DNA of 63,224 nucleotides, counting the filler, from Pelomyxa schiedti (lineage: Eukaryota > Protista > Evosea), in assembly GCA_020536535.1 (NCBI GenBank). It is 12 parts of 12 records of this genome, joined end to end, with 100 filler letters (N's around TTAATTAATTAA, not from the genome) between each part and the next. Parts side by side here need not be neighbours in the genome. Positions count along the whole stretch, not along the records: positions 61,746 to 63,224 come from JAHLWZ010002480.1; 11 more parts are not named here. The stretch is one strand, 5' to 3'. The notes under the pieces were generated by a model. That model saw only the letters and a program-made list of their open reading frames with translations, was not told the origin of the DNA and made no database searches. Positions 62,507 through 63,224 of the stretch are shown piece after piece. Both the position numbers and the translations under genes were made by a program. Each line of letters opens with the position of its first letter. Positions within the stretch are counted from its first letter, which is position 1.

Positions 62507-62588
62507 GTGTTCTTGGCCGAGTGGTCTAAGGCGGTAGATTCAGGTTCTATTCACTTCGGTGGCGTGGGTTCGAACCCCACAGAACACA
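62507..62588 (+). tRNA. trnL-CAG: tRNA-Leu(CAG)
   Basis: GTGTTCT/AGAACAC acceptor stem, anticodon arm GTAGA-TTCAGGT-TCTAT, GGTTCGAACCC, T6 terminator. Confidence 0.96.
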
Positions 62589-63052
62589 TAGTTTTTTCGT
62601 TTCTAGTCCACCAGCTTTTTTGACCTTCAAACATGGCAGATGATGCTGAGAGTGTTCCCAGAAATCACAGTGTTAACAATCAAGGAAAGCTGATGTGTGT
62701 TGTTTGCCAGTCACCAGTGATTGCACAATACACAATGAGGGTGTTCGATTGAAATTGCTATCACCCGTGGCACAGGGAAGCATCCCAAATGAGGACCACC
62801 ATTCTTATTGCCTTACCATGGAATTGTTTATTCACTGATTCCCAGGTACAATTGAACATCCAAAAAAAAGACCAGGCACCGTACGTAGGGACGATCCAGG
62901 GAGGATAGACTGGTATGGTATTGGTTGTGATCGTTCTTTGTTTCGCGGCCGCAACACAACGACACAGCTTTGTTTGGGGTTTTTTACTTCTCTGGTTTAT
63001 TTTTGTTTCATATTTTTATATTATAAAATAATTATGAAGAAAATTATGGAAA

Positions 63053-63095
63053 GCAGGTATGGCCGAGAGGTCTAAGGCGGCTGATTTAAGCTCAG
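63053..63095 (+). pseudogene. 5' half of tRNA-Leu(TAA)
   Basis: 43 nt identical to the 5' end of the gene at 61941-62022. No T-loop or 3' acceptor strand follows. Confidence 0.85.
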
Positions 63096-63224
63096 GTGGG
63101 TGTGTAGGCTTTTCAGGTGTGAGTTTTTGTTTCGCTTACTGAGAAAACCATCACTACAACAATGGACGGAACGAGTGAAGGCACCAACAGACCCCCCACT
63201 ACAGCCAAGACCCCAACACTTAGC

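Noticed and set aside
61941-62588. Possible suppressor or Sec tRNAs (TTA or TCA triplets inside anticodon loops)
   Set aside because: With 5-bp stems and 7-nt loops the anticodons are TAA, CAA, TTG and CAG, all standard.

Overview
This window is eukaryotic, intron-rich genomic DNA, not prokaryotic. It is made of contigs joined by eleven artificial 100-nt spacers (N44-TTAATTAATTAA-N44) plus one 100-N scaffold gap, so adjacency across a spacer is not biological. Very short GT-AG introns (about 40-60 nt), low-complexity proteins and expanded orphan gene families suggest an amoebozoan protist, plausibly the archamoeba Pelomyxa (inference only). Recognisable genes: a Sel1-repeat protein, a multi-intron Hsp70, a PINK1-like kinase, a strictosidine-synthase/APMAP-like protein, NF-YB, a PhnP-like MBL hydrolase, an IPT/TIG-ankyrin transcription factor, a TKL-like kinase, a RING/B-box protein, Ric8, a LanC-like protein with a signal peptide, four tRNAs and a tRNA 5' half. 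About ten members or fragments of one orphan family are present, plus a second ankyrin-like family. Mobile DNA includes decayed piggyBac-like and Sola-like transposases in CpG-depleted tracts, a TIR MITE whose empty site is visible elsewhere in the window, and a 647-bp insertion with a 7-bp duplication. The least explained signal is a 177-nt sequence in four copies that folds into a multi-stem RNA-like structure. Spliced-gene coordinates are outer bounds estimated by eye.
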